Source: Octopus sinensis (taxonomy: Eukaryota). Taken from it: a DNA stretch of 64,000 nucleotides. Position numbers and translations under genes: made by a program. This document shows positions 12,483 to 24,365 of this stretch, piece after piece. Where the stretch lies: assembly GCF_006345805.1 (NCBI RefSeq), contig NC_042997.1, positions 61,070,001 through 61,134,000 of the forward strand, written 5' to 3'. Within the stretch, counting starts at the first letter, position 1; the number at the start of each line of letters is the position of its first letter. Below the pieces are notes generated by a model. It had not been told where the DNA came from and did no database searches. It was given only the letters and a program-made list of their open reading frames with translations.

Positions 12483-13049
12483 TTTATTTTTGTTTCGTTG
12501 AAATTATTACATTGCAAATATCACATCGTCATTTTGTACTGTTACATCATCTTTGGTAATAAAAATTAGCATAGTTGTTGTTGAAGTTGAGAGTTTGAAA
12601 AGGTGATGAGTTTCTTTCAAGAAATTTCTCCTCAAATTTGAACCAGTTGTAATTGAAGTTACTAATAAAATATCTGAATAATTTTTGTTGTTTAACAATC
12701 AAAATTCTTTTTCTGTGGGATTCCAAGTCAATTTTTCCCCACACTAATGTCTAATTTGATACCTTTCAATGTTCAAAATAAACCCAATCAATGTAAATAA
12801 ACCCAATCTGTTTCTTAGTGGAGGGACATATTCATTATGCACAGAATGTTATTTATGTCAATGGAGGTAATTGATTGGTTAAAATTGCCGAAATGCAAGA
12901 AATTTTAGACATATATGTTACAACCTATAGAATTTTCTCAATAAAGCCAAGAGAAAATGATGTTTTATAAACACATCCTTAATGAGCACCTCTAGGTGTT
13001 TTATAGAGCTAGATCTTCTGTTCTATGTCACTTGACAGTAGACTCTCAT

Positions 13050-13700
13050 CCCAGAGAAGTTTAGTAAAAGTGCCATCAGCAAAGTTCTTGACTGTGTCTA
13101 GCATGCGAATCACTTGTCAAAAATGCATGCCATTAGGCTGCATTCATCTTTCATCACTTGGATACATAGCTTCTTGTCAGATTACACTATTATTGCCTGT
13201 GTTGGTGGAGTGCTGACTTTACTCTCTGGGGTTTCCCCAATATCGGTTCTATACCTTCACTCTTTCTCCTATATAACCTGCTATCACTTTCAACACTGCC
13301 CACTCTTATTCAGATGATATCACTCTTCATTTTTCCTTAACTTTTGTGTTTAACCATCATCCACATGCACTAAATATTCACTGATTCTATGAAAAGAGAC
13401 CTCAAATATATCCCTCATTGGGGTTATATCTCCTTTGACAGCAAACTAACACAGACATTGTATGCATCGGGAAAAACATCATCACAACACAAACCCACTT
13501 TAATGCGAACAGCATGCAACTGGAGCCTTTACAATCTCTCCAAATGCTAGGCCTCATAAACACTGGGAAATTGTTAAAGGGGACAATCACCTTTAACATA
13601 TTGAAGACTGAAGACTACATCTCATAGACTGGCCCATCTCTTCAGAGCAAGAAAATAATTCAGCCCCAAACAACTACTGATTCTTTTCAAGTCTCATCTT
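13050..13700 (+). pseudogene. Decayed CR1/L2/jockey-type LINE reverse-transcriptase fragment
   Basis: ITWIHSFLSD...SGVSP (from GVPQGS) and HSYSDDITL (YADD motif), with frameshifts. Confidence 0.65.
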
Positions 13701-13735
13701 TTGATAATGATATTTTCTAAAACATGTGATCTATA

Positions 13736-13819
<84 letters not shown>

Positions 13820-15360
13820 ACTTAGAGAAAAACCTCTATTAAACAATTCAATAATGAAAGATGTTATTCACACCATATAGAAAACATACACTATAAAAAC
13901 CTTATTCTAAAAATCAAAAAAGTACAAAAACAATAAATAGTAAATCGTAGTAAAAAGACTACTATTTTACTAAATCGTTTTGTGGCCATATTTTCAAATA
14001 GATAAAGATAATAAAATCAATTCGATTTAAAATTAAATCAATCTAAAATTAATTCTATTTAAAAATATAGTCACTCATCAGGTCTAAAATAATAATAAAA
14101 AAACAATAATAGAATATATGTACTTATGTTAACTTATACTAATTATCAAATAAATATAGAAAAATACCAGTATTAACTATAAATAATTGAAAAACATTTA
14201 ACAATATTTCTTAAAATAAAAACATAACTTATCTTATCGAAGGATTCTGTTAACTAAAAATTTAAACTTAATATGTAGAACTTAGCATTTATAAGAAATA
14301 TATCGCGTGAAAATATGGCGTAAGTAGAATTTATAGAATGAATAGATAAAAATATGTATTTAAGCTATTAAAATTATAAATGTATTTTTGATGTGAGAAT
14401 AAGAAAAAAAATTAACTTTAATATACCATTTACTGGAAAAATTGAAAAGTCTAAATAATTTAAAAACTAAAATACGTAAAATATATAATATAATAAACAT
14501 AAATTAAGCTAAATTTCTATAATTTAATCTATTTTCAATAATTTATTTATTTATTTTATAAACATCTAAGTTTCATCTTATTCTAATTATGTAATATACA
14601 CTATATAATCTCGTGCTAATTTATACACATTTTACTACCACAAATTATAACTACAACAATTATTAACATAAAACAGGGTTTAGAGATTGTAAAGGCTCCA
14701 GTTGCATACTGCTCACATTAAAGTGGTGGTTTGGTGTGATGATGTTTTTCCAGATGCATACAATGTGTTAGTTTGCTGTCAAAGGAGATATAACCCCAAT
14801 GAGGGATATAATAATAATATTAAATTCTTTAATAATTCTAAATATAATTATAATATAAAAGGTTATAATATAAATGATTCCTTTATTTTTATAAATAATA
14901 AACCTAATAATTATGATAAGTTTTATTTAGATAATTATGGTATTAATAACATGTATTATAATACAAAACAAGAATATAATAATAGACTAAAAAATAAGAT
15001 TAAATTTAATTCATTTAATGATAATAATAAATCTAATAATATAAAAAATAAATATAATAATATTAATAATTAGAACAAACATTATTAAAGAGATTTTAAA
15101 TATAATTGAAATATTCATTAGAAATAAAAAAAAATATAACATTTTTTTCTAGTAATAATTTTGGAGTTGGTTATTCTACTACTAATAATGTTGGTAACAT
15201 TATTTCTTCTTTTAATAAATTTAAGCTGAATAAGTTTTACAAAAACAAATCAAATAATTATTCCAATAATAATAATAAAGACCAGAATATAATTAATTGT
15301 ACATGTAGAAATAAAAATAAATGTAATTTCAATGATGTAGTATATAAATGTATAGTGACT
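13820..15360. mobile_element. Extremely AT-rich Penelope-like element remnant (inverted terminal-repeat part plus plus-strand GIY-YIG linker)
   Basis: 15106-15360 encodes VGYSTTNNVGNIISSFN...NCTCRNKNKC...VVYKCIV, the CxCR...C...VVY linker/GIY pattern of PLE endonucleases. A hammerhead motif lies on the minus strand at 13956-14085. Starts at a (TA)n tract. Confidence 0.7.
13956..14085 (-). ncRNA. Type I hammerhead ribozyme with long stem II and hairpin stem III (G12 mutated)
   Basis: agac-CTGATGA-gtgactatattttt...aaaatatggccac-AAAA-cgattt agta aaatag-ta-gtct. Confidence 0.6.
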
Positions 15361-15374
15361 TTGATTGATGACAA

Positions 15375-16635
15375 AACCTAGAATCAAAGGGCCTTAAAGT
15401 AAACCTAGCAAAGACCAAAGTTGTTGTTAGTAAGAAAAAGGATAAAACTCCCTTTCTGTCAGGTAAATGGCTCTATGAAAAAAATGGGTTGGAAGAAAGT
15501 CCATTCACTGCACCCTGTGTAAACTATGGACACATAAGAGGTGCAGTGGAATCACAGGTAGATTAACAGATAAAGTAGTCTTTGTATGTGACAGATGTGC
15601 AGGAACAATTAGGACTAAGAGCACACATGACCTAAATTCTCTCAAATGCCTAGGAGACTCTCTTGAGGTTGTAAATAGTTTATGTTACCTAGGTGACCAA
15701 ATTAGCAATGGTGGAGGATGCTCTACAAGTATTGTTCCTAGAATAAGAATTGGGTGGAGGAAATTCAGAGAGCTATTACCTCTGATGGCAACAAAAGGAC
15801 TCTCTCGCTCAGAGTGAAAGGTAGACTATATGATGCTTGTGTGTGAACTGCTATAATCCATGGTAGTGAGACATGGGCTCTGAATGCAGAAGACATGTGT
15901 TGACTGGAGAGAAATGAAGCTAGTATGCTCTGTTGGATGTGAAACATCAGTGGGTATGTATGACAAAGTGCAAATATATTGAGAGAAAAGTTGGGCATAA
16001 GAGGAATCAAATGTAGCATGCAAGAGAGAAGATTACGTTGGTTTGGACATGTGATGTGTATGAATGAGGACAGCTGCATAAAGAAGTGCCACTCACTGAA
16101 AGTGGGTGGTACCCATGGAAGAGGGAGACTCAGGAAGATGTAGGATGAAGTGGTAAGGACTGATCTCAGGATGTTGGGCCTAATGGAGGAAATGACAATG
16201 GACTGAGATGTCTTCTAGAGAAGGCCTGCCCACGTCAGCAAAACTGATTTCTAAAAGCACTGGGTGTCCCACCCAACAAGAAAATTTCTCACACACTCTA
16301 TCACAACAAACCAAACTACATCTCTACATCTCTTCTCTTCCTTGCATTTCTACTTCATACACTATACTTACCTCCCTCTCCCCAATCCTGTCGACTTGGC
16401 CCTGTCCCATTGTATCATTGCTCTCTGCTAGCCCTATTACCTGTGTGTTCCATGCATACACCCTGCCTCACTGTATCATTGCTATCTGCTAGCCCCCAAC
16501 CTGTGTGTTCCACCCATATTTAACAAGAAAACTTGTCACACATCCTATCCCAACAAACCAATCTACATCTCTTCTCTTCCTCACATTTTCTCCTTCAGTC
16601 TCTATGTCTACCTCTCACTCCCCAATCCTGTCCTT
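15375..16635 (+). mobile_element. RTE-clade LINE 3' fragment (RT C-terminus with Cys-rich insert) plus repeated 3' tail
   Basis: LESKGLKVNLAKTKV, C..CKLWTHKRCSGI, YLGDQ, HGSETWAL and RRLRWFGHV motifs with stops. The tail has direct repeats 16274-16392 / 16521-16632 and two units of about 55 bp. Confidence 0.85.
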
Positions 16636-17539
16636 ACAGGATGAAAGGCAAAGTTGACCTCGGCGGAATTTGAACTCAGAACATAAAGACAGATGAAATA
16701 CCACTAAGCATTTTGCCCAACATGCTGATGTTTCTGCCAGCTCACCGACTTAAATAGGAAAATAAATATTAAGAAATAAAAAAATAAAAAATTGTAACAA
16801 AATGAAGTATAAGTAATTTATATTTTATTTAAATGCTAAAAGTATTTCTGGATCACCTTGTATATTCAAGATGTCAATAAAAATGAACAGGTTCAAAAAC
16901 AGTTCACACATTGAATATTTAGGTTGTGTAATTTCTCATAGCCTAAACATTTGATTCACTCAAATTGCAGCCTCTTGAATTGATTTAGTTTTCATGCATA
17001 AAATGATGAACAACATGCTGTCACCTTTTCCTCTAACTTTTTCACTATTTCTGTAGACCAAATCAATGTACCAATCACCTCTTCCATTGATTTGTAACAA
17101 GAATTAACAAAATACAGCACTTTTTTTCTGGTTATATTCCTATCTTTAACTCACTTCAAGTCTTGAAACTCATTCTATTTCTGACCTTAAGAAAAGACTG
17201 ACATTTTTTTTTTTTTATCTGTTCTTGTTCCTCAAAGTTGCATTGTTGTTCCCTGCCGAAATACAATCTAAGTTGAAAAATTAGGACATCTTAATTTTTA
17301 AATTATACAGAATAAGTAAGACAGATATTGTATTTCTCCTTCATTCTTATTTTCTATATTATATATCATTTACCTTTCTTTTATTTCAATCATTGGACTG
17401 TGGCCAAGTTGAGGTAATTGCATTCAAAGGTTTAGCTGAACAAATCAACCCATGTACCTTTTTATTAAGTCTTGTAATTATTCTGTCAGTCTCTTTTGCC
17501 AGACCTCTAAATTACAAGGATATGAACAAACACACACAC

Positions 17540-17579
<40 letters not shown>

Positions 17580-17581
<2 letters not shown>

Positions 17582-18076
17582 CACCAAAAATTTAGATTCA
17601 GATGAATATTGTACTTAAGTTAAGGCACCAGAATTTAGTACGGTATTATCCATACAATTTCAAAGTAAGGTGAATGAAATCAAAATAAGCAACAAGGATA
17701 TCCAAAAGTAATGCAGTACGATCATTTCATGCAAGTCCATTTAATTGAACAATGCAATAATTACATCAATTTAAAATGCAGAGCAATCTTCAGCTGCACA
17801 AAGACATAGAATTTAATTAAATTAGTTTAGAAGAGTAACTACTAAACTGGAGTGAGACAGCATGTTCTTTGTCTATCTCCTTAACTTCTTGGAGATTTTA
17901 GGTATAATTATACTAATGTGTCCATCTGTTCTAATTTAATTAAATTCTATGTCTTTGTGCAGCTGAAGATTGCTCTGCATCTTAAATTGATGTAATGATT
18001 GCATTGTTCAATTAAATGGAGTTGCATGAAACAATCGTACTGCATTAACTCTGAATATCCTTGTTGCTTATTTTGA
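17580..18076. mobile_element. Fold-back Penelope-like terminal-repeat insert carrying two opposite-strand hammerheads
   Basis: Inverted arms 17680-17825 / 17931-18076 with a spacer of about 105 bp, flanked by (TA)n. Confidence 0.75.
17958..18044 (+). ncRNA. Type I hammerhead ribozyme (mirror copy 17712-17798 on minus)
   Basis: tgcag-CTGAAGA-...-GAAA-caatcg-ta-ctgca. The mirror copy has GAAA-tgatcg-ta, implying an ancestral palindromic stem III CGATCG. Confidence 0.7.
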
Positions 18077-18177
18077 AATATATATATATTTCACTTTAGG
18101 TATAGCAAGACTAATAACCTAATGTAGAACTCAATATACATATGGTTCAGAATGAAGCTTTAGTCAAGTACAGAGCG

Positions 18178-18355
18178 GTAATAAGAAAATAAAATGACAA
18201 AAGAACCAATGATTATCTTATGAACTTCATTAGCCTACACCTGTTTCTGCTATAAGCACTCAACTATGAATCCATTAAAACTTATAGCAGAACAGCTGTA
18301 AGCTAACCAAGTTCATCAGATAATCGTTTATTGTTTTGTTATCTTATCTTCTTAC
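18178..18355. repeat. Imperfect fold-back with hammerhead 3' half
   Basis: Arms about 18178-18256 / 18281-18355, containing GAA(A)-cagctg-ta with a palindromic stem III. Confidence 0.55.
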
Positions 18356-18394
18356 ACACACACACACACATGCATGCACACACAGAGAGAAATA

Positions 18395-18529
18395 AAATAG
18401 AGGTTGAAAATGCACTGAGAATAGTTTAAAATTCTTTATTATATTTAAAGATTTTTTGTATACATATGAAAAATCTTTAAATATAATAAAAAAATTTAAC
18501 TATTCTCAGTGCATTTTCAACTTCTATTT
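18395..18529. repeat. AT-rich palindrome
   Basis: aaatagaggttgaaaatgcactgagaatagtt...aactattctcagtgcattttcaacttctattt, centred at about 18463. Confidence 0.8.
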
Positions 18530-18578
18530 CTTCTATATTTCTTCCCATGTGGAATAACTTTGTTTATATATATATATG

Positions 18579-18745
18579 GAGGCGCAATGGCCCAGTGGTT
18601 AGGGCAGAAGACTCGCAGTCGTAGGATCGCGGTTTTGATTCCCAGACCGGGCGTTGTGAGTGTTTATTGAGCTAAAACAATGCGAAGCGCATTGTGACCA
18701 GCGATGTGTAGCAACATCTGATAGCCTGGTCGGTCACGTGATCAC
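18579..18745 (+). mobile_element. Short tRNA-derived SINE (same head as 39438-39821 and 62432-62809)
   Basis: ggaggcgcaatggcccagtggttagggcag...gattcccagaccgggcgttgtgagtgtttattgag with a different short tail, inside (TA)n. Confidence 0.8.
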
Positions 18746-18746
18746 A

Positions 18747-18788
<42 letters not shown>

Positions 18789-21385
18789 CTGGCTTCAACA
18801 AGGTTTCCACCTACCAAATTCACCCACAAGTGATTGGTTGGGCTAGGGCTATAGCAAAAGACACATGCCCAGGAAACCACAATGGGACTGAACTCAAAGC
18901 CATATTCCTGCAAAATGAGCTTCTTAACCAACATCTGTACCTGTACAAACAAGCAGGTTTAAAAATTCTTTTTTGTGTATTAATTTACATTTATTGCATA
19001 TAATGTACAACTGGATGCATTTTATTTATTTATTTATTGTACTAGTATTCATGTTAGTTTCCAATATACTTTCTCTTCTTTTTCTTTGGTTCATATATAA
19101 TAATGTACTGGGGAAAATATTGGCTTTTCATACTTTTCTGAAAATTGCTTGTTAATTTCCATATGTGCTTTTTAGAAATGATTAAAATTTACTTGTATTC
19201 ACAAAACGTTTTCATCTGTGGGGCTTTTTTTAGGTGTGGGGGAAGTGGTTTTGTTAAGAACAGCATTATGTTAGAGACTTAATGCAATAAGGCAGATTCA
19301 AGAAGCTGATTTAGTAAAAAAAGTAAAGGAATATGTGTACGTGCATGCATGTGTTTGTGTGTGTGTGTGTAGGAGAGAGACAGCATATGAACAGAAGATG
19401 CCTTGAAATTTTCCCGCAAAAACAAACAAGCAAAAATAAAAAGCAAAATTAAAACAAGTTTTTAAGCTATTCAAATTGTTGTTGTAGATGTATATATTCA
19501 TGGAATACAAACATTCTTTGAATATGATGTTTTGTCAGGTATATAACATTAAAAAAGTTTGTAGAGTTAATGTGTACAAATTTCTTTCCAATAGTCTACT
19601 AATTTCTTTTCTACTATTTGAGATTAATATAATTTCATTTCGTAATTTTTCAAAATACTTTTTTAGTTTTTTTTCAATGCTATGAATTTCACTTAGATAT
19701 CCTCACATACTTATTTCTTTAGAAAAGTTTGTTTCATCTCTATGCAATATTTTTAAAATTTAAAAAAAAAATATTTATTCAAGATATAAATTATATTCAG
19801 TACTCACCGGAAAAGGGTAAAGGGAAGACAGAGAGTGGCAATAAGTCAAGTAAACAAAGGTAGCAATGAAAGCCAAAATGCACCCAGAGTAGACAGAATA
19901 AAACACAAAGACGAAAGCGAAGCATATAAGATCCATAAAGAGGATAAGGGTGCATAGACATGTCAGAAGTAATGTTGGTGAGTATTTCAAGAAGCATGGA
20001 ATTTTTGAAGGATGCAGTGTCCTAACGGATAACAACCAACACAGATCATTTATTCCATTCTTCTATTATTCTGAGCATGATATAAAAACATTTGGTAAAT
20101 GAAGAAACTTTAGTGTCCAGAGAAGCAAGATATTCAACATATGGTAACTGATAGAGGGAATTTGTTTAATTTCTATTTCTTTGAAAGTTTCTTTTTCAAA
20201 TTTCAATTTGGCTTCTTTTATGGTTTCAGTTTTATGAACAAATAACTATTTGATAAATAACTGAGTTTGAGAAGTATATTTTGCATGAGTTGTGTAGAAT
20301 AACAGAATGTTCAAGGCCTAAACCTTTATTCAAGAATGAGGAAAACTGGAAAAAGATTTGTTGCTGTTCATCCCTCAAATCTGCTTTGATTGAGCAAACT
20401 AATGACCAAATGTATTCTTGTAATGATTAACCTATTTATTTTTTTGGTTTTTATTTTTGTTTTATTTTTTCCAGGTTAGTATATCAAGAACTGTATCATT
20501 GTCCTATTGTTCATAAGATAAGATATGGAAATTCTGCTGCTATTTCTACCAGATCTAACATAGAAGCTTCATTGTTGACTCAAAAATAAAAATGAAAAAT
20601 AAGTGGTGTTGCTATTTGGGTTGCAGTAAGTAAAATTTACCTTTTATTTATGTTTTGTCTCTAAGTCATCACATTCGATTTTACACTCACAACAATGGAA
20701 ATTATCAAGCCTCTTACTAACCAATTATTACCACTGTACACCATCACCAGTTTCCTTGGAATTTGATATTTTAAGCTATCTATTTCATCGGTTTATTGAC
20801 AATTTTGATTCAGTTCCTCATTCCACTTTTTATGTGTATCATATGCACAAGTGTTGCATTTTGCTTTTCTTTATCCAAAGAATGTCATCCCCACATGAAT
20901 TACTTCCCTTCCCATTCTTTTCTCAAAGATGTTCCAGATAATCATTGATTTCATGGGTTGATATGTACAGCAAACGTCAAGGGTACAGCTCTTGCCCCAC
21001 ACCAAACCACTAAAAATTAAAAGAAAAAAGAAAAACCTTGAGAAAACTACCCTAGAGTTTTATGTGAAATTAAAGTTACAAATCACCAACCTGAGTTTTA
21101 ATGCTATTGCTATCATTTTTGTACCTTTATTCCTTTCAGATCAATAAGACAAACACCAGCATAATATTCATGTTAAATTGATCAAATATTTTTGTTTCAA
21201 TTAAAAGAACAAAAGCATAAATGCACAGGCATTGCTGTGTGGTTAAGAAGCTTGCTTCCCAACCATGTGGCCTTGGGTTCAATCCCACTGTGTAACAGCT
21301 TGGGCAAGTGTTTTCTGCTATAGCCACAGGCCAACCAAAGCCTTGTAAGTGAATTTTACAAACAGAAACTGAAAGATGCCCATTG

Positions 21386-21422
<37 letters not shown>

Positions 21423-22659
21423 CTGTGTGTATAAGTATACACACACATATACACTCCAGAAATTAACTATTCAAGTGAACTCAAGCAGAATATTCCTGAA
21501 TTAATTGTAAAATGACATTAGTGATTGCAAAATGCGTTGTATTTTAGTATAATATAGAAGCCAGTAGAGTACAAAAACAAACTTGCATGCTGTTGAATAA
21601 ATAAGAGTATACAAGTGAAAACAGAAAGTTAATCTGCATAAATGTTGGCAGTGGCTTGATATCTGATAAAGCTCAGTTTCTCTGTATTTGTTATTACATT
21701 TTGTTTATGAGGAATTACATGATTCTGTAATACTATATAACTCTTTAAATTTGATAGGTTTGGTGTTATTCTATGATAATAATATCATCATTATTACAGC
21801 AACAATTTTAATGTTATGATAATGTATCAATATTTAATTTCAACCCTTTGCATTCAGTGTTTATATTGATCTGAAACTGATTTCACCTTTTGTCCCTCTG
21901 GGTTTGATAAAATGAATTCCATGTATTTCCTATTAATACAAATGATTTAGAGCCCTTCCTGCAAATATTTGACCTTCTGCCAAGGTAAAAAGAAAACCTT
22001 ATTACTCATTGTCATTATCATTTCACCTCCACCACCACCATCATCACCACCACCATCTTTGAAATCATGAAAGGCAACATCTGATAGAAACAGAGGGTAT
22101 TTAATTTCAGCTCTCAACATTCTGTGCTCAAATCTCTAGAGGGTCAAGTATTGCCATTTATCTGCTTGGGGGTTAATAAAAATTAGTGCTAGTATGATAC
22201 TGTAGTTGATTAATTAAATATAGTTATTCCATACAAGAAATTGGCTCTGTGCCTTGACAGCATAAATAATTATTACAAATGCCATTGCTATAAGTATCAT
22301 CCTCATCATTGAGTTTATTATTGTTTTGCATTATCATTATAGTGGTTGTAGTGACCCTTATGAGTCAAGCAAGCTTCTGCAGAGCTGACACTGCCACACA
22401 GTTTTCCTCAAGCAGGGTTTAAATGGTACTGCTTCCTTCTTCCTTCTGAAAAAAAGATTCAGACTTTGCATCTATTAGAAGATTAAAGTGATGGTGAAGG
22501 GTTATTAGCTAATCAGCATAATGTCAGAAAGATGTTTTGCAGGACTTTAACTTGTATACTATTCTGTTCCAGAGAATGAGTACCATCTGATCTTCCAATA
22601 CCATCAGCTTACACAAAGATCCAGGTCTATCAGCGCATGGTTCTACCAACATTTTTCTT

Positions 22660-23060
22660 TGCTAGTGAGACACAGATGAGCACCATGAAAAAAAACAGAA
22701 AGCTAGATGTTTTCCATCAAAGATGCTTAAGAGAGATTTGGGGAACATAGTAGCAAGACCAGTAACCAGTGGAGATGTTCTTAAGAGACCCAACACAAGA
22801 CCACTTAGTGAAGTCAACATGGAACTCAGACTGAAACTAGCAGATCATATACTTCGGTTGCCAGAACAATATCATTCTAAAGCATCTTTCAAATGAACAT
22901 TAATAAAGAGAAAAAGAAAGAGAAGTAGATTGAAAGCTACATGGCACAGAACATTCACTACCAACATGAGAGAAGCCAATATCACATGGGTGGATGTAGA
23001 GAAGACTTCAGCCAACAAGAGCCAGTGGCATTAGCTTGCTGTCCAGTATGTTGAGGAACT
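22660..23060 (+). pseudogene. Decayed RTE-type LINE 3' fragment
   Basis: RKLDVFHQRCLREI...DVLKR...RLKLADHILRLP pattern. Confidence 0.6.
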
Positions 23061-24146
23061 GATAACTGATACTCATATTATTCTGATTTCAGATCCATAC
23101 ATGATCAATTCTGCTTTGCATCAGCTGGGACTTGATTAAATAAATACCAGTGAGATACCAGAGATTAATACTCTTCCTTACTTAAAAAAAAAAAAAATTA
23201 AATTACTAAAAACTAGTGAACTAGTCAAAAGAAATTGTTTAAAACACAAAGTCTACAAAATGCTTTTTTCCTGTTTGTTAAAATATGGAGAGGTAGGATG
23301 GCTTGTTGGACAAAGAATTAAACTAATTTGCCATGGACTATGCATTGAAATTTTACTGTAGTTATTTGCTGTTTTTTTTTTTTTAGGGTAAAACATTTTA
23401 TTATACAGTTAATTTGTCTGTTGAGAACAGCTGGTAGTTCACCTGAGAGCATTAGCTACAAAGAATGAGGTAAATAGAAAGCTATTTCCTGTTACTAATA
23501 GCTATCAAATCTTTGAATTGTACCCTACAATTTTTGATAAAGAAAAAAAGAGGACATATTGGATAAAAAAAAGTCAGGATGTACTATGCCATGTAGGAAA
23601 AAATATTACTGAGCTGGAAGGTGCTTTGTCATAGATCTGCTCAATCAAAGCCAACTTAAGGTTTATCTATGAGAAATAAATTTGCCACTCGCCTAAAAAC
23701 CAAAAACTGGGATGAAACTCTGGCCCGTAAAATTTCCTTGAAACATAAGACTTTATTAAATTATAGCAGCACGTTTCAAACAGATCAGCTGTAATCTGTA
23801 TTTGTGTTGACATATGAGTGCAAAGATGACTGTGTGTTTTAGGAGTCCACTTTGTAACTGTGTGATTCTGGGTTTGATCCTACAGTATGGCATCTTGGGC
23901 AAGTATCTTCAATTATAGTTTCAGTTAATCAATATCTTGTCAGTAGAATCTAGTAGACAGAAAACTATAAGGAAGTTCATTGTACCATACATGCATGCAT
24001 CCATCCACACATACATGTCTGCATACATCTATACATATATGCATGCACATACACATTAAATGTATGTGTGTTTCTAAAAAGTTGATTCTCTTCAAATGAA
24101 GTTCTTTGCACTGAGTTACAAATGCTCCTTGAAATTAGTAATTACA

Positions 24147-24365
24147 TTAACCCTTTCCTTACCAACCCAGCTGAAACCAGCTCTATCTAAGTACAAATGT
24201 CTTGTTTTCATAAGTTTTGAATTAAAATCTTCCATCAAACCTTAGTCACAATTTATGTTCCTAGTTGAATGATAACAAAGTTATTTTACTAAATTCTTTT
24301 TTATATCTAAAGTAATTGAAAGAAACACAGAGTATCTCAAATAAATACAGTAATGAAAGGGTTAA
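24147..24365. mobile_element. piggyBac-type MITE
   Basis: TTAA-ccctttc ... gaaaggg-TTAA. A related degenerate copy lies at about 55720-55950. Confidence 0.8.

Noticed and set aside
12547-12673. Possible terminal exon on the minus strand (YFISNFNYNWFKFEEKFLE...)
   Set aside because: Weak acceptor and no recognisable homology.
14702-15073. Asn-rich ORF / possible mitochondrial or foreign AT-rich DNA
   Set aside because: A chimera of the inverted flank copy and the AT-rich Penelope-like remnant, with no mitochondrial gene motifs.
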